The notes beneath the pieces were generated by a model. The model ran no database searches and had not been told where the DNA came from. It saw nothing but the letters and a program-made list of their open reading frames with translations. From Candidatus Latescibacterota bacterium (GTDB taxonomy: Bacteria; Latescibacterota; UBA2968; UBA8231): a stretch of DNA of 64,000 bases. Shown here piece by piece: positions 18,730 through 28,614 of the stretch (its first letter is position 1; every line of letters starts with the position of its first letter). Location: the NCBI GenBank assembly GCA_965200315.1, contig OZ241362.1:2176001-2240000 (forward strand), in the 5' to 3' direction. The position numbers and the translations under genes are program-made.

Positions 18730-21426
18730 TTAGTCGAGCCCGGCATAGACCGTCACAAATTGGGATGCGCCAGTAAAGGCGTCTTCTCCCTTGCGGTCGA
18801 TTCGGCTGACTCGCAGGCCCATCTGGGTGGTCAAACTGTACCCGAGATATGCGCCTGTATTGGAGTACTGGATGGCGAGCACCGTCTCTCGATAGTCTGG
18901 CTGCAATCCCAAGGCCCGCACTTTTTCCGCGTCTTCGAGCTGGCTGAATATGGTGTACTCCAGCCCGGCTCTCAGTTCGGAACTAGTCAAAATTGCGACC
19001 TCGCCGATCAAGAACAAGAGCAGGGCGTTTTCTTTGCGCACGGGATCGTTGCTCAAAAGCGGCGCTTCGCGGCGATGTTCGTTCTTGATCTTGGGGGCCA
19101 GCAGCACGCGGCCGACTTCGCGCCGGTACTCGGCCTTGTTGATCAGGCCGAAGAACTGGAAGTTTTCGCGCATGTCCGGCTGCGCGTCGTTTTGGTGCCA
19201 GATGTCGTATTTCAGCTTGTTGGTAACGGTCAGGCCGGGGATGCTGGTATAGTCAAAACTGGCAAATGCGGAATTGATGTAGGTGTTGGGCGCGGCCAAG
19301 GGGTCTTCTATCCGCTGCAACGCGCCTGGGGCACCAGTCGGCTGCACCCACTGGACGACGTTGTCTGCGATCTCGTCCTCGACCCGCTTGAACATGTCAA
19401 AGACGCGGACCCGACCCACACCGGCGATGTCTTTGTCCCACGTAACAATCCCGTACGCGGTCTGTTCGCGCTTCTTAGCCGAGAGCATGCGCTCCCGTTT
19501 GTAGCCGGCGGTCAGTCGCATCTCGGGCGTGAGGTGCATCCCGACATACGCATTGTAGCCGCGGCGATTGCGGTCGTATGGATAATCCGGGTCCTCGTCG
19601 TTTTCAAAGCGGTCGATCCAGAAGTTGTTGTTCATGTCCATGCCAAACAAAAACTCCGGGCGATCTACATGGTAGCGCAGGAAAGGCTCCTCGTAGTCAG
19701 GGACGAAGTTCGGCCGGAACTCGTTGTCGTTTTGGTTGAAATCCGAGATGAAGTCGAGGTTTTCGTCCCACCCGGGGAAAATCCGCAAATCCGGCCCGAA
19801 CTGGTTGAGGCGCAGCCAGTCGGGGATGCGGTCTTGATCGTCGTTGTCGTCCACCCACTCGTAGTAATTGGTCGTTGGGTCGGTGTAGTCAATGTCGCCG
19901 GAAGGCGAGGCGATTAGGCTGGTGGTGCCGTAGTTGTAATCCATGCTATAGGTCTCGGCAAAGAGGAAATAGGGATAGCTCTTCTTCGACAAATTGACCA
20001 TATAGGCATTGGCTTGATCCGCGGCCGTGTGGTGGGTCGCAAACGCGCGGTTCGGGTATTTGCGATAGTGCCGACTGCGGTCGAATTCCGCGTACAGATC
20101 AAAACCCAGCACTTCCTGCACCTCCAAGGTAAACCCATAGATGTCGTTGCCCGTAGGCAAGCCGTAGTCGAGGCGCAACAACCCCAAGTTGGACCCGTCC
20201 TGCACGTTGCCCTCCGCCCGCTTCGCCGTCAGAAAAACGGGCTGCCCCTCGGGTATGTTGAGCTGGCGATCCGAGCTCATCTCAATGTGGTAGTCGTTGG
20301 CCACCACCAACTCGATCTGCGTGCGGCGAATGGTCGAAAGCTCCGGGCCACTGTACGACGGGGAGCGGAAATCGTAGGTCATTTCGATGCGCTCGTCGCC
20401 ATCGGCCGCGAGGAATCCAAGGCGTTGTAAGCCACCGTCAATGATCGGCTCAAAGCCGATTTGGCTGCCCCGCACCGTTTCCTTCTCGACCTCGACGACG
20501 CGCTCGCCTGCTTCTGTTTCGCGCACTATCTCAGTCTCGGATTCAATGATAATGTCCCACGAAAAGAGGGCCGCCCCGCCCTCGCGGTCTTCGGGCGAAT
20601 CATCGCTCAGGCGGATGAAGATCTGCCCGACGTGCTCCAAGTTTTGCCCAACCGTCAGCGAGCCGGTCCACGGGTTGCCCTCAAAGCTCTCCAACAGGGT
20701 TTGCGAGTTGTGGGCGTTGATATAGAGGCCACCTACCTCGACAAAGTCGCCGATCTGCGTCGTGCCGTAGAAGCCCAACAAATTGGTACTATTGGTGGTT
20801 TCAACAGACACGCTCCGCGCCAGCCCGGGGGAGCTAATCCGCGACATCAAGACGGTCAGGCTGTACTTGTCGGACTGAAAGTCGGCCTGTATGCCGTCGA
20901 AGGCCGGCTTGGAGAACGTCATCGGTGTCAGCGTGGTGCGAATCATGCTGCCGATCGTCAGGGCCAAGTTGTTTTGCCCCTTTTGGTCGGAAGCAATCAC
21001 GAGCTGGTTGAACCACGCGCTGAACCGAGAGGTCTTGAATACCGTACTGCCAAACTGCTGGGGCTGATTCTGGCTCCAGTCGTAGATGAGCCAGCCGCGG
21101 TTGATGAAAGACCCATAGAGGTCGTAAAAATAATCGCCCTCTATGTCGCTGGAGACGTAGCGCTGGTACAGGTCGCGGGCGTAGTTGGTGTATTCCCATT
21201 GCTTCCAGCCGTAGAGCTGATATAGCTCTTGGGGCACGTACCAACGCCGCACGGCCGGATCTAAGGAGTCGAAAAGCACCCCCGGCCCGATGGGTTCATA
21301 CGAGACCTCACCGCCCCGCTGCACGCCCAACCTACGGCCGTAATCTTCCCTTCCCTGCGCGCCAATATCGCCGCCCGTCGCCGCGGCAATCAGGGCTGTG
21401 AGCAAAAGCAAATTCCGTCTGGCCAC
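18730..21426 (-). CDS. Uncharacterised ~900-aa secreted/outer-membrane protein with acidic Ca-binding-like repeats and probable C-terminal beta-barrel
   Basis: Signal peptide from GTG 21426; DDNDDQDR, DENLDFISDFNQNDN and DMNNN motifs; amphipathic beta-strand pattern at the C-terminus; paralogue of 38959-41598. Confidence 0.72.
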   Translation of the reverse strand: MARRNLLLLTALIAAATGGDIGAQGREDYGRRLGVQRGGEVSYEPIGPGVLFDSLDPAVRRWYVPQELYQLYGWKQWEYTNYARDLYQRYVSSDIEGDYFYDLYGSFINRGWLIYDWSQNQPQQFGSTVFKTSRFSAWFNQLVIASDQKGQNNLALTIGSMIRTTLTPMTFSKPAFDGIQADFQSDKYSLTVLMSRISSPGLARSVSVETTNSTNLLGFYGTTQIGDFVEVGGLYINAHNSQTLLESFEGNPWTGSLTVGQNLEHVGQIFIRLSDDSPEDREGGAALFSWDIIIESETEIVRETEAGERVVEVEKETVRGSQIGFEPIIDGGLQRLGFLAADGDERIEMTYDFRSPSYSGPELSTIRRTQIELVVANDYHIEMSSDRQLNIPEGQPVFLTAKRAEGNVQDGSNLGLLRLDYGLPTGNDIYGFTLEVQEVLGFDLYAEFDRSRHYRKYPNRAFATHHTAADQANAYMVNLSKKSYPYFLFAETYSMDYNYGTTSLIASPSGDIDYTDPTTNYYEWVDDNDDQDRIPDWLRLNQFGPDLRIFPGWDENLDFISDFNQNDNEFRPNFVPDYEEPFLRYHVDRPEFLFGMDMNNNFWIDRFENDEDPDYPYDRNRRGYNAYVGMHLTPEMRLTAGYKRERMLSAKKREQTAYGIVTWDKDIAGVGRVRVFDMFKRVEDEIADNVVQWVQPTGAPGALQRIEDPLAAPNTYINSAFASFDYTSIPGLTVTNKLKYDIWHQNDAQPDMRENFQFFGLINKAEYRREVGRVLLAPKIKNEHRREAPLLSNDPVRKENALLLFLIGEVAILTSSELRAGLEYTIFSQLEDAEKVRALGLQPDYRETVLAIQYSNTGAYLGYSLTTQMGLRVSRIDRKGEDAFTGASQFVTVYAGLD

Positions 21427-21454
21427 TGTGCGTCGTCCTTTGTTTATTTCCGCG

Positions 21455-23179
21455 TCAATAGGCAATGGTCACCACGCTGCTGCTGCGCTCGGTGCCACTG
21501 TCGGTCTCCACTTCGACTTGCAGAATGTAAACCCCGGGCAGCAGTAGCCCGCCCTGTGCGTCTCGGCCATCCCAGAGGCGCTCAAACCGCCCGCTCCCGC
21601 GGCCAGCGCCCGGCAGATCTACGACCTGATTGCGCGCCAAGTCGTAGATCTGCAGCGCAACCGGCGCTCGGCCCGTCAGATAGAGCAGATCGTAGGTAAG
21701 AGTCGTGTGATCGTTGATTCCGTCGCCGTTGGGCGTGAACACCGGCGGCGTTGCAGACACCCGATGTACCAAGCGCTGGCCCTTCAAGGGCACCCGCACG
21801 CTCAGGTCGTCTCCCGCAAAGAGGGGAGCAGCGTTGCCGCTTGCGATCGCTTGGGGCAGTGCCCTCTCGCGTGTGGTGTCGAGGAGACGTCCGGTAAACA
21901 CAGTCTCATAGCGCAGCACGGCCGTGTCGAAAACCACTTGCAGGGCGCGATTGCCGGTCTGGCGCACAAAGCTAACTCGCAGTCCCTTGGCCCCTAATTC
22001 CTCGCTGAACTCGATCTCTTGGTCATCTACGCGCAACTCGCGCAAGGCGCGGACCGGAGCCGGGGTGTCGATTTCCAAGCGGTCGAATCCCTCGGCATCC
22101 GTCACTTCGATGGTATAGACAAAGCTCGTATCCACGCCTACGGGGACCTCCTGTGGCCATATCTCGCCGACGATCGCCTGCGCCAAGGCCGGGCGAAAGA
22201 CCTCGAAGGCGAGTGAATCCACGGCCATGCCGTCTTCTAGCCCATCGCTCTCCAACACCATACTGAACTGGAAATAGCGGCGCGGGGCCGGCGAGAGGAT
22301 CGGATCGCCGCTGTTCCGATAGGGCGTGGACCAAGGGCTCCAAGTATCAGGCTCGTCGTCCGGCGCGGGACTGCTGCCGCTGCGGGTGCGCACGATGAGC
22401 CGCGACCGCTGCGGCAAGCCCACTTGCTCGGTGGCCCATTGCAGCCGGCCCCACAGCGCATCCTGCTCCATGTCGAAGACCTCGGACAGGTAATCCGCCT
22501 CGGGCACAAACCCGCTGCCAAAAATTTCCAATTCGTCGATTTCCCAGTTGAACCGCTGCGTGGACTCTAGGCGGATATAGCGCACGTATTGCAAGGGGAA
22601 CCGCACGTCGATGGTGTCGCGGCTATTGCTGCCGTCTTGGGCCATGACCGTTACCAAGGTCTTGTCCGGCAGCTTATCGACCGAGGCGGCTACGATATCT
22701 GCACCGAATGCGCCGTCGTTGATGGAGAGCACGTAGCCTTTCATAAAGTCGCTTTTGAAGGCTTGGCGAGGGAAAAAGCGAATGTGATTGACGCCAAACC
22801 GAGCGCCTAAATCGACGACTAGGAGGATGCCGGTGGCCACCACATCCTTGGCCTCAAAAGCCGTGTTTGGATCACCATCCACCATGCTGTGCAAACGCTC
22901 TTTAAGCACGTCCGAGGTCAGGCGCAAAACGGCTTGGGCGTTGGGCGAAGTCACCCGGCCGCCGCGTTCGAGGAGCCCCGTGGCGATATTGGTGTTTTCC
23001 TCCACGCTGCGGGGCTGAATCCAGCCGGCGCGGCTGCTGAAGTCGATGAGCGGCGCGGCTGCGGCCGCCTCCTGCCAAGTTGTGCCGCTTACGTCGCCTC
23101 CAACCACGATGTTTTCCGTCGCCAAGGCCGCCGCAGCGAGCAACCCCACTAACGCCAAGGCATTGCGCTGTCTGCTCAT
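21455..23179 (-). CDS. Secreted discoidin-like / FlgD-Ig type B CTD-like protein, short form
   Basis: MVDGDPNT, VDLGARFGVN, WSPWS, SPAPRRY and VFTPNGDGIND...WDGRD motifs; ends TIAY. Confidence 0.8.
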   Translation of the reverse strand: MSRQRNALALVGLLAAAALATENIVVGGDVSGTTWQEAAAAAPLIDFSSRAGWIQPRSVEENTNIATGLLERGGRVTSPNAQAVLRLTSDVLKERLHSMVDGDPNTAFEAKDVVATGILLVVDLGARFGVNHIRFFPRQAFKSDFMKGYVLSINDGAFGADIVAASVDKLPDKTLVTVMAQDGSNSRDTIDVRFPLQYVRYIRLESTQRFNWEIDELEIFGSGFVPEADYLSEVFDMEQDALWGRLQWATEQVGLPQRSRLIVRTRSGSSPAPDDEPDTWSPWSTPYRNSGDPILSPAPRRYFQFSMVLESDGLEDGMAVDSLAFEVFRPALAQAIVGEIWPQEVPVGVDTSFVYTIEVTDAEGFDRLEIDTPAPVRALRELRVDDQEIEFSEELGAKGLRVSFVRQTGNRALQVVFDTAVLRYETVFTGRLLDTTRERALPQAIASGNAAPLFAGDDLSVRVPLKGQRLVHRVSATPPVFTPNGDGINDHTTLTYDLLYLTGRAPVALQIYDLARNQVVDLPGAGRGSGRFERLWDGRDAQGGLLLPGVYILQVEVETDSGTERSSSVVTIAY

Positions 23180-23237
23180 ATCGCCTCTTGGGAGAGTTGC
23201 GCTTCACCGGATCAATCAGTTCAGTACCTTCAACAGG

Positions 23238-23513
23238 CTACTGGGTGATAGCAAGCCGGATGTTCAGTGTATCCAGCACTTTAAAGAGCGTGTCAATGCG
23301 CGGGTTTCCCTCGCTGGATAGCGCACGGTACAACGCCTGCCGTCCTAGACCGCTGGATTCGGCGATCGAGGACATTCCCTTGGCCCGGGCGACATTGCCG
23401 AGAGCCTTGGCGAAGTACTGCGGATCGTTTTCTTCTAGCACTACGTTGAGGTATTCAATCAACGCCTCATCGTTATTGAGAAAATCGATTACGTCGAATT
23501 TTTTGAGCTTCAT
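23238..23513 (-). CDS. Putative addiction-module antidote protein (HTH, HigA-like)
   Basis: FDVIDFL...ALGNVARAKGMSSIAESSGLGRQALYRALSSEGNPRIDT. Confidence 0.9.
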   Translation of the reverse strand: MKLKKFDVIDFLNNDEALIEYLNVVLEENDPQYFAKALGNVARAKGMSSIAESSGLGRQALYRALSSEGNPRIDTLFKVLDTLNIRLAITQ

Positions 23514-23811
23514 GATGCCTCCTTAATATCTCGCTCGCCATTTGCTGAGCGCGTTTGATGTCTTGCTGCTGCGTCGATTTGTCGCCACCGCATAGCAGGA
23601 TCACCACGGTATTTCGTCGAATTGTGTAGTAGGCGCGATAGCCCTTGCCGACATTGATTCGGAGCTCGCTGACCCCGTCGCCAACCGATTTGTGGTCTCC
23701 AAAGTTGCCGTCTTCGATGCGTTCGATTCGGGAAACAATCGAGACCCTAGCGCGTTGATCACCGAGTCGCTTGAGCCAATTCTCAAAGACCTCGGTATAG
23801 ACGATTTCCAC
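23473..23811 (-). CDS. Type II toxin, RelE/ParE family addiction-module killer protein
   Basis: FENWLKRL...RIEDGNFGDHKSVGDGVSELRINVGKGYRAYY...LLCGGDKSTQ; GTG start at 23811; toxin precedes antitoxin. Confidence 0.9.
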   Translation of the reverse strand: MEIVYTEVFENWLKRLGDQRARVSIVSRIERIEDGNFGDHKSVGDGVSELRINVGKGYRAYYTIRRNTVVILLCGGDKSTQQQDIKRAQQMASEILRRHHEAQKIRRNRFSQ

Positions 23812-23817
23812 AGGCGC

Positions 23818-23846
23818 AATGTCCCTTTTTAGGGACATATTGTCAA
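23818..23846 (-). promoter_or_regulatory. TA-operon promoter with overlapping palindromic operator
   Basis: TTGACA-17-GACATT on the minus strand; inverted repeat ATGTCCC-6nt-GGGACAT at 23819-23838 covers the spacer and -10 box. Confidence 0.65.
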
Positions 23847-23882
23847 GTAGATCATGGTGTCGTGTACCAAGCGGAAAAGATA

Positions 23883-23922
23883 TAAAAAACCGCCATGCCA
23901 GGTCGGAAGCCCGGCATGGCGG
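23883..23922 (-). terminator. Rho-independent terminator after the 23952-24836 gene
   Basis: CCGCCATGCC...GGCATGGCGG stem followed by a T-run on the minus strand. Confidence 0.8.
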
Positions 23923-23951
23923 CATTCAATCTACGCACCTAAAGCAACTAA

Positions 23952-24836
23952 CTACTCGGCAAACGTGGATTTGAGCCGGCCCCAGCCAATTTCCTCTACG
24001 GCCGTGGGTTCGGCCGTGGCTTGGGAAGCCCAATCGATATCCGGATCGATGGGAGCCAGCAGAAAGTCGGAGAGCAAATCGCCCTGGAAGTAGCTATCCG
24101 TGGCCCCACTCAGGGTCCAATAGCCCTCGTAGCCGCCAATTTCCAGATCGTCGTCGTCGATGATCGTGAAGTGGAAGCCCGTGATATTGCCCTCGACCAA
24201 GGAGCCGATAGTGCTCTGGTCAATCCCGTTCCAGTTCAGGTTGTCGAAGGGGGTTAGCATGTACTCGGCTCGGAAGAAACCCTCCCCGCCTTCATCGGCG
24301 GTCTGGGAGTTAGCGAACTGCCCATAGGGCGGCTCAGTAATCCACTGGGCTTTGCCCCAGTGGTTGAGGCCCGGGCCGCCTTGGTTGAAACCATAGTTTT
24401 GGGCGTGGGCTCCGTGCAGCAGATCCTTCTGATCTTGGTCTTCCACGTCGGGCCACACGTTGAACATGCCGCCGCTGTGGTCCGCGTCGAACACCATCTC
24501 CATAGGCTCCCAGCCAGTGACGACCCAGATGGCGTCGTCGAACCGATCCTCCATCACGTAGAGCTTGTTGGTGGTGGGGTTCCAGCCGACGATGGCCCGC
24601 AGTGCTAGGTCGGTGGCATCCCACGCGGTGCCTACGCCTCTCACGGTCTCGGTTAGCTGCTCGTGGTTGATCCAGTAGGCATCGGGAATGACGTCCCACT
24701 CGACGAGGTTGCCGTCAACAGTGGGAATATTGGCGTCCGGGAATTGCACGGCTACAAACACCACATCTACGGGCAGGTGTGCCCAGCTAGGGGTGGCCGC
24801 GAGTGCGACAGCAAAAATCAGAGCGAGTTTCTTCAT
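23952..24836 (-). CDS. Secreted CBM9/DOMON-like protein with short C-terminal TAVE..WG..K motif
   Basis: Signal peptide (SWA-HL); PTVDGNLVEW and FDADHSGG motifs; ends PTAVEEIGWGRLKSTFAE. Confidence 0.65.
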   Translation of the reverse strand: MKKLALIFAVALAATPSWAHLPVDVVFVAVQFPDANIPTVDGNLVEWDVIPDAYWINHEQLTETVRGVGTAWDATDLALRAIVGWNPTTNKLYVMEDRFDDAIWVVTGWEPMEMVFDADHSGGMFNVWPDVEDQDQKDLLHGAHAQNYGFNQGGPGLNHWGKAQWITEPPYGQFANSQTADEGGEGFFRAEYMLTPFDNLNWNGIDQSTIGSLVEGNITGFHFTIIDDDDLEIGGYEGYWTLSGATDSYFQGDLLSDFLLAPIDPDIDWASQATAEPTAVEEIGWGRLKSTFAE

Positions 24837-24906
24837 TGCTTTACTCCATTGGAAAGAGGTTGGAAAACCTATAACTTCTCTGCAGATGCTTTTGCTATAA
24901 CGCTAC

Positions 24907-24936
24907 ATTGTACGGAATTTATTTCTCACTTGTCAA
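24907..24936 (-). promoter_or_regulatory. Sigma70-type promoter (TTGACA-18-TACAAT) for the 24836 gene
   Basis: Reverse complement reads TTGACA agtgagaaataaattccg TACAAT in an AT-rich divergent intergenic region. Confidence 0.65.
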
Positions 24937-24960
24937 ACTTTTCCGATAAGATGCAAAATT

Positions 24961-26889
24961 TTGCGCGATTTTGGATCCATCACCCATCACTCCCGCGTTG
25001 CGTCGGCTGTTCGCTGGCTACTCTGTCCTCTCGTTGTTCTTGCTGCCTGTGCAGTGCAAGATCCGGATGACAGGCTTCAACCTGAGCTCAGCCGAAGGCC
25101 GCTGGCCCAAGTCGGCACGGAGCTGATTACCGAGCGGGACTATCGCCGTTTTGTCGCCGGGCTGCCCGAGTGGACCCAAAGCGCGGCCAAAGGCAGCGAC
25201 CAAGTGCGCGACTACCTGCAATCCCTCGTCGATCGCGCCCTCATCTTGCGCGCAGCGCGAGCGCAAAAAGCAGAGCAAAGCGCGGCCGTGCAAAAAAACA
25301 TGGCAGTAGCACTGCGGCTGAAAGTGGGTCAGGCGATGGAGCAGCGCTATATCCGACCCGCCGTCTCGGTCAGCGAAGCAGAGCTGCGAAGCGAATTCAC
25401 CGTGCGGGGATGGGAGCGGCAGCTCAAGATCGCCCACATTTTCGTGCGGACGCCAGCGCGAGCCGAAGCGGCCCTAGCCGCCCTGCAAGCGGGCCGGGCC
25501 TTTGCAGAAGTGGCGCACGAGTTTTCGCAAAACCGTACCTCGGCGGCGCACGGCGGAGAAAAGCCTTACTACTACAGCCGCATCAATGCCATCCCCGCCG
25601 TGCGCGACTCCTTGTTCAGCTTGCCCAAGGGCGCAATATCGGCGATTCTCCCCGTGCCCAAGGGGTACGAAATTTTCAAGATCCTCGACGAGCGCACCGC
25701 TTCCTATGAGCAAATGCGGCCGCAAGTCCTCAAGGCCGTTATGAGGGAGCGGTTGCAGGCGCGGCGGCGGGCGTACATCGACTCGCTGGCCGAGCAGTTC
25801 CAATGGCAGGAGGTTGCCGAGGGCATGGAGCGGCTCACGCGCATCTTGCACAGCGGCGCACAAGAGGGCGATAAGAAGGTATTTTACCTCGCGGAGGCAG
25901 ACGCCGCGGCCGCGCTGTACACGTACCAAGGCGGCGCGATCACCTTGGGGGAGGCGGTGAGCCGCTCGCAGTTCATCCGCCAAGGGCGGTATGTGGAAGA
26001 CCGTCTGAAGGTGGCACACTACTTGGAACGCGACGTGAAGGTGCCACAGCTTCTCCTGCTGCAAGGCCGCGCCTTGGAAATCGACCAAGAGCCGGCGATC
26101 GCCGGCTGGCTCGAGCGCAAAAAGGAAGAAATCCTCATCCGCGAAATGCGGCGTCTCGCCACAGCTCACCAGAAGCCGATAACCGAGCAAGAGATGCGCG
26201 CTCACTACGAAGCGCACCCGAGGAGTTACCAGACTTCGTCCATGGTAGAAGTCGTGGAAATACAGGTCGAGGAAGCGGACCAAGCGCGGGAATTGCTATC
26301 CCAGATGCGCGCCGACCGGCAGCGGGCCGCGCCGCTGATTGCCCTCCTCGCCGACATAAAAAAGGACAGGCGTGCGGTAAGCGCGTTGCAAAGTCTCAAC
26401 GGTGAACTCGCGGTATATGCCTATCTCAAGCAGCGTCTGAGCGATCCACTGGGCACAGCGCAAGTCGCCGCGGAAATTGCAAGCGCAGCCGAGCCAGCAG
26501 ACCTCGCCGAAACCTACATCGCGCGTCAACTCGCAGCCGTCCACAGCGTGCGCCACGGCAGTCGCGAAGCCGAGGGCCTCTACCAACTCTACTGGCACGA
26601 GACGCCGAGCTTTGGCCCCCTCGTCAAAGCGGCCATGGAGGCCGAGGTCGGCGCACTCATTGGTCCGGTAGAACACCACGGCCTGTACTCGATCGCCAAA
26701 ATCGCGGGGCGCACAGCAGCGGGGCGGCAGCCTTTTGCGGAAATACAGAAGCGCATCGAACACACCTTGCGGCGCAACCGCGAAAACGAACTGTTCGGGC
26801 AGTGGCTGCAAGCGTTGCGCACCGACGCCGCAGACGAAGTGGTCTTCTTCGACGACAACATCGAAGCACTGGGGCAGGACGCGCCGTGA
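24961..26889 (+). CDS. PpiC/parvulin-type peptidyl-prolyl isomerase (SurA/PrsA-like foldase), probable lipoprotein
   Basis: VLAAC lipobox; IAHIFVRT...GRAFAEVAHEFS..SAAHGG rotamase motif; a second rotamase-like domain follows. Confidence 0.8.
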   Translation: MRDFGSITHHSRVASAVRWLLCPLVVLAACAVQDPDDRLQPELSRRPLAQVGTELITERDYRRFVAGLPEWTQSAAKGSDQVRDYLQSLVDRALILRAARAQKAEQSAAVQKNMAVALRLKVGQAMEQRYIRPAVSVSEAELRSEFTVRGWERQLKIAHIFVRTPARAEAALAALQAGRAFAEVAHEFSQNRTSAAHGGEKPYYYSRINAIPAVRDSLFSLPKGAISAILPVPKGYEIFKILDERTASYEQMRPQVLKAVMRERLQARRRAYIDSLAEQFQWQEVAEGMERLTRILHSGAQEGDKKVFYLAEADAAAALYTYQGGAITLGEAVSRSQFIRQGRYVEDRLKVAHYLERDVKVPQLLLLQGRALEIDQEPAIAGWLERKKEEILIREMRRLATAHQKPITEQEMRAHYEAHPRSYQTSSMVEVVEIQVEEADQARELLSQMRADRQRAAPLIALLADIKKDRRAVSALQSLNGELAVYAYLKQRLSDPLGTAQVAAEIASAAEPADLAETYIARQLAAVHSVRHGSREAEGLYQLYWHETPSFGPLVKAAMEAEVGALIGPVEHHGLYSIAKIAGRTAAGRQPFAEIQKRIEHTLRRNRENELFGQWLQALRTDAADEVVFFDDNIEALGQDAP

Positions 26890-27764
26890 TCCAACGCGAA
26901 CTTCGCAAGCTGATCGCGCCTCTGCTCGGGCCGGCACTCGTACTGCACATCGCGTTCTTTGTGCTGCCGGTGTGCAATGCCTTCTACTATTCGCTGACTT
27001 CGTGGTCGGGCGTATCGCCGCAAAAGGAGTACATCGGCCTCGCCAATTTTATGCGCGCCTTTGCCGATCACACCTTTCTCACGGCCCTAGAGAACGTCTT
27101 TTTGTTTGGCATCCTCGGGTTCTTAGTCGTCTTTCCGTTGAGCCTGCTGTTTGCGGTGATTCTCTCCAAAAAGCCGCCCTTTGCCGGCTTTCTAAAATTC
27201 GTCGTCTTTGCCCCCACCCTGCTCTCGGTCGTGGTCACCGCCGTGCTGTGGGGCAGCATCTACAACCCGGTCATCGGCCTGCTCAACGAAACCCTGCGCA
27301 GCGCCGGGCTAGACGCGCTCACTCGGCCTTGGCTGGGCAGCCGCCACAACGCCCTGCCGGCCATTGCCGTCGCCATGATCTGGCAGGGGCTGGGCACCTA
27401 CGTGATCCTATTTTTGGCGGGCCTGCAAAAGATCCCGCTCAGTTTTTACGAGTCCGCCGAGCTGGATGGGGCCAATGCTTGGCAGCAATTTTGGCACGTG
27501 ACCCTGCCGCTTTTGTGGGACGTCGTGCAGATTCTGGTGATTTTCTGGATCATCGGCGCCTTTCAGGCTTTTGCCCTCATCTTCGTCATCACGCGCGGCT
27601 ATCCCAACGTCATCGAGGTGCTGGGAACCTACATCTATTGGGCCGGCTTTCAGGGGCAAAGCATTGGCTATGCCTCGGCCATGGGGGTCGTCATGTTCTT
27701 CCTCGTATTGGCGTTTAGCCTCGCAGTCAATCGCCTGATGCGCCGCGAAAGCGTGGAATACTAA
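26886..27764 (+). CDS. Carbohydrate ABC transporter permease (MalF/UgpA-like)
   Basis: YIGLANF and LAGLQKIPLSFYESAELDGANAWQQFWHVTLPLL (EAA loop); GTG start overlaps the PPIase stop. Confidence 0.93.
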   Translation: MIQRELRKLIAPLLGPALVLHIAFFVLPVCNAFYYSLTSWSGVSPQKEYIGLANFMRAFADHTFLTALENVFLFGILGFLVVFPLSLLFAVILSKKPPFAGFLKFVVFAPTLLSVVVTAVLWGSIYNPVIGLLNETLRSAGLDALTRPWLGSRHNALPAIAVAMIWQGLGTYVILFLAGLQKIPLSFYESAELDGANAWQQFWHVTLPLLWDVVQILVIFWIIGAFQAFALIFVITRGYPNVIEVLGTYIYWAGFQGQSIGYASAMGVVMFFLVLAFSLAVNRLMRRESVEY

Positions 27765-27766
27765 CG

Positions 27767-28594
27767 ATGCGCCGCTGGTCCAAGCTACTGGCCATCCTGT
27801 TCATGGGGGGCTATTGCCTAAGTTCCCTAATCGCCCTGTTCTGGGTGACTTATACCTCCTTTAAGACCAATCCCGAGTTCTTCGCCAGCACTTGGTCCCT
27901 GCCCGCCGAATTGCGCTGGAGCAATTACGCGTACGCGTGGGACAACGCCGAAATTGGCCGCTACTTTTTTAACACGGCCTACATCACCGCGCTCGCCACG
28001 AGCGGCACTCTAGTAGTATCGGCCATGGCAGCATACGTCCTATCGCGGGTAACTTTCCGGTTCAGTCGATTCACCTTCTATCTCTTTCTGTCGGCCATGA
28101 TGGTGCCGCCCATGCTGTACCTCTTCCCGCTCTTTGTGCAGATGCGGTATATGCACCTAACCAACAGCCACTTTGGTTTGATCGTGCTCTACATCGCCAC
28201 CGGGCTGCCCTTTTCGATCTTTGTCCTGACGGGTTTTTTCCGCACCCTGCCGACCGAAATGGAAGAGGCCGCGCTGATCGACGGGGCCTCGCCGTGGCGC
28301 ACCTTCTGGACGATCGCCCTGCCTTTGGCCAAGCCCGGGCTCATCGCGGTTTCCATCTTCAACTGCATCAACTACTGGAACGAGTTCTTCTGGTCGCTCA
28401 TCCTCCTCCGCACCGGCAAGCTCTACACGCTGGCGCGCGGCCTGCAAACCCTGTTCTGGAACATGTCAACCGAATCGCGCTGGACCGAGTTATTTGCCGG
28501 TCTGGTGATCGTCATGCTGCCCTTGATCGTGGTGTTCATCCTGTTGCAAAACCGCATCACAGAGGGTCTAACCGTCGGCGCGCTGAAAGGATAA
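27767..28594 (+). CDS. Carbohydrate ABC transporter permease (MalG-like)
   Basis: EMEEAALIDGAS...IALPLAKPG; ends GALKG. Confidence 0.93.
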   Translation: MRRWSKLLAILFMGGYCLSSLIALFWVTYTSFKTNPEFFASTWSLPAELRWSNYAYAWDNAEIGRYFFNTAYITALATSGTLVVSAMAAYVLSRVTFRFSRFTFYLFLSAMMVPPMLYLFPLFVQMRYMHLTNSHFGLIVLYIATGLPFSIFVLTGFFRTLPTEMEEAALIDGASPWRTFWTIALPLAKPGLIAVSIFNCINYWNEFFWSLILLRTGKLYTLARGLQTLFWNMSTESRWTELFAGLVIVMLPLIVVFILLQNRITEGLTVGALKG

Positions 28595-28614
28595 TTGAGA
28601 ATTTGTACTTCGTA

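Noticed and set aside
23889-23922. CCAGGTCGGAAG resembling the SRP RNA loop
   Set aside because: Lacks the GGAAGCAGC continuation and the length; explained as a terminator hairpin with a T-tract.
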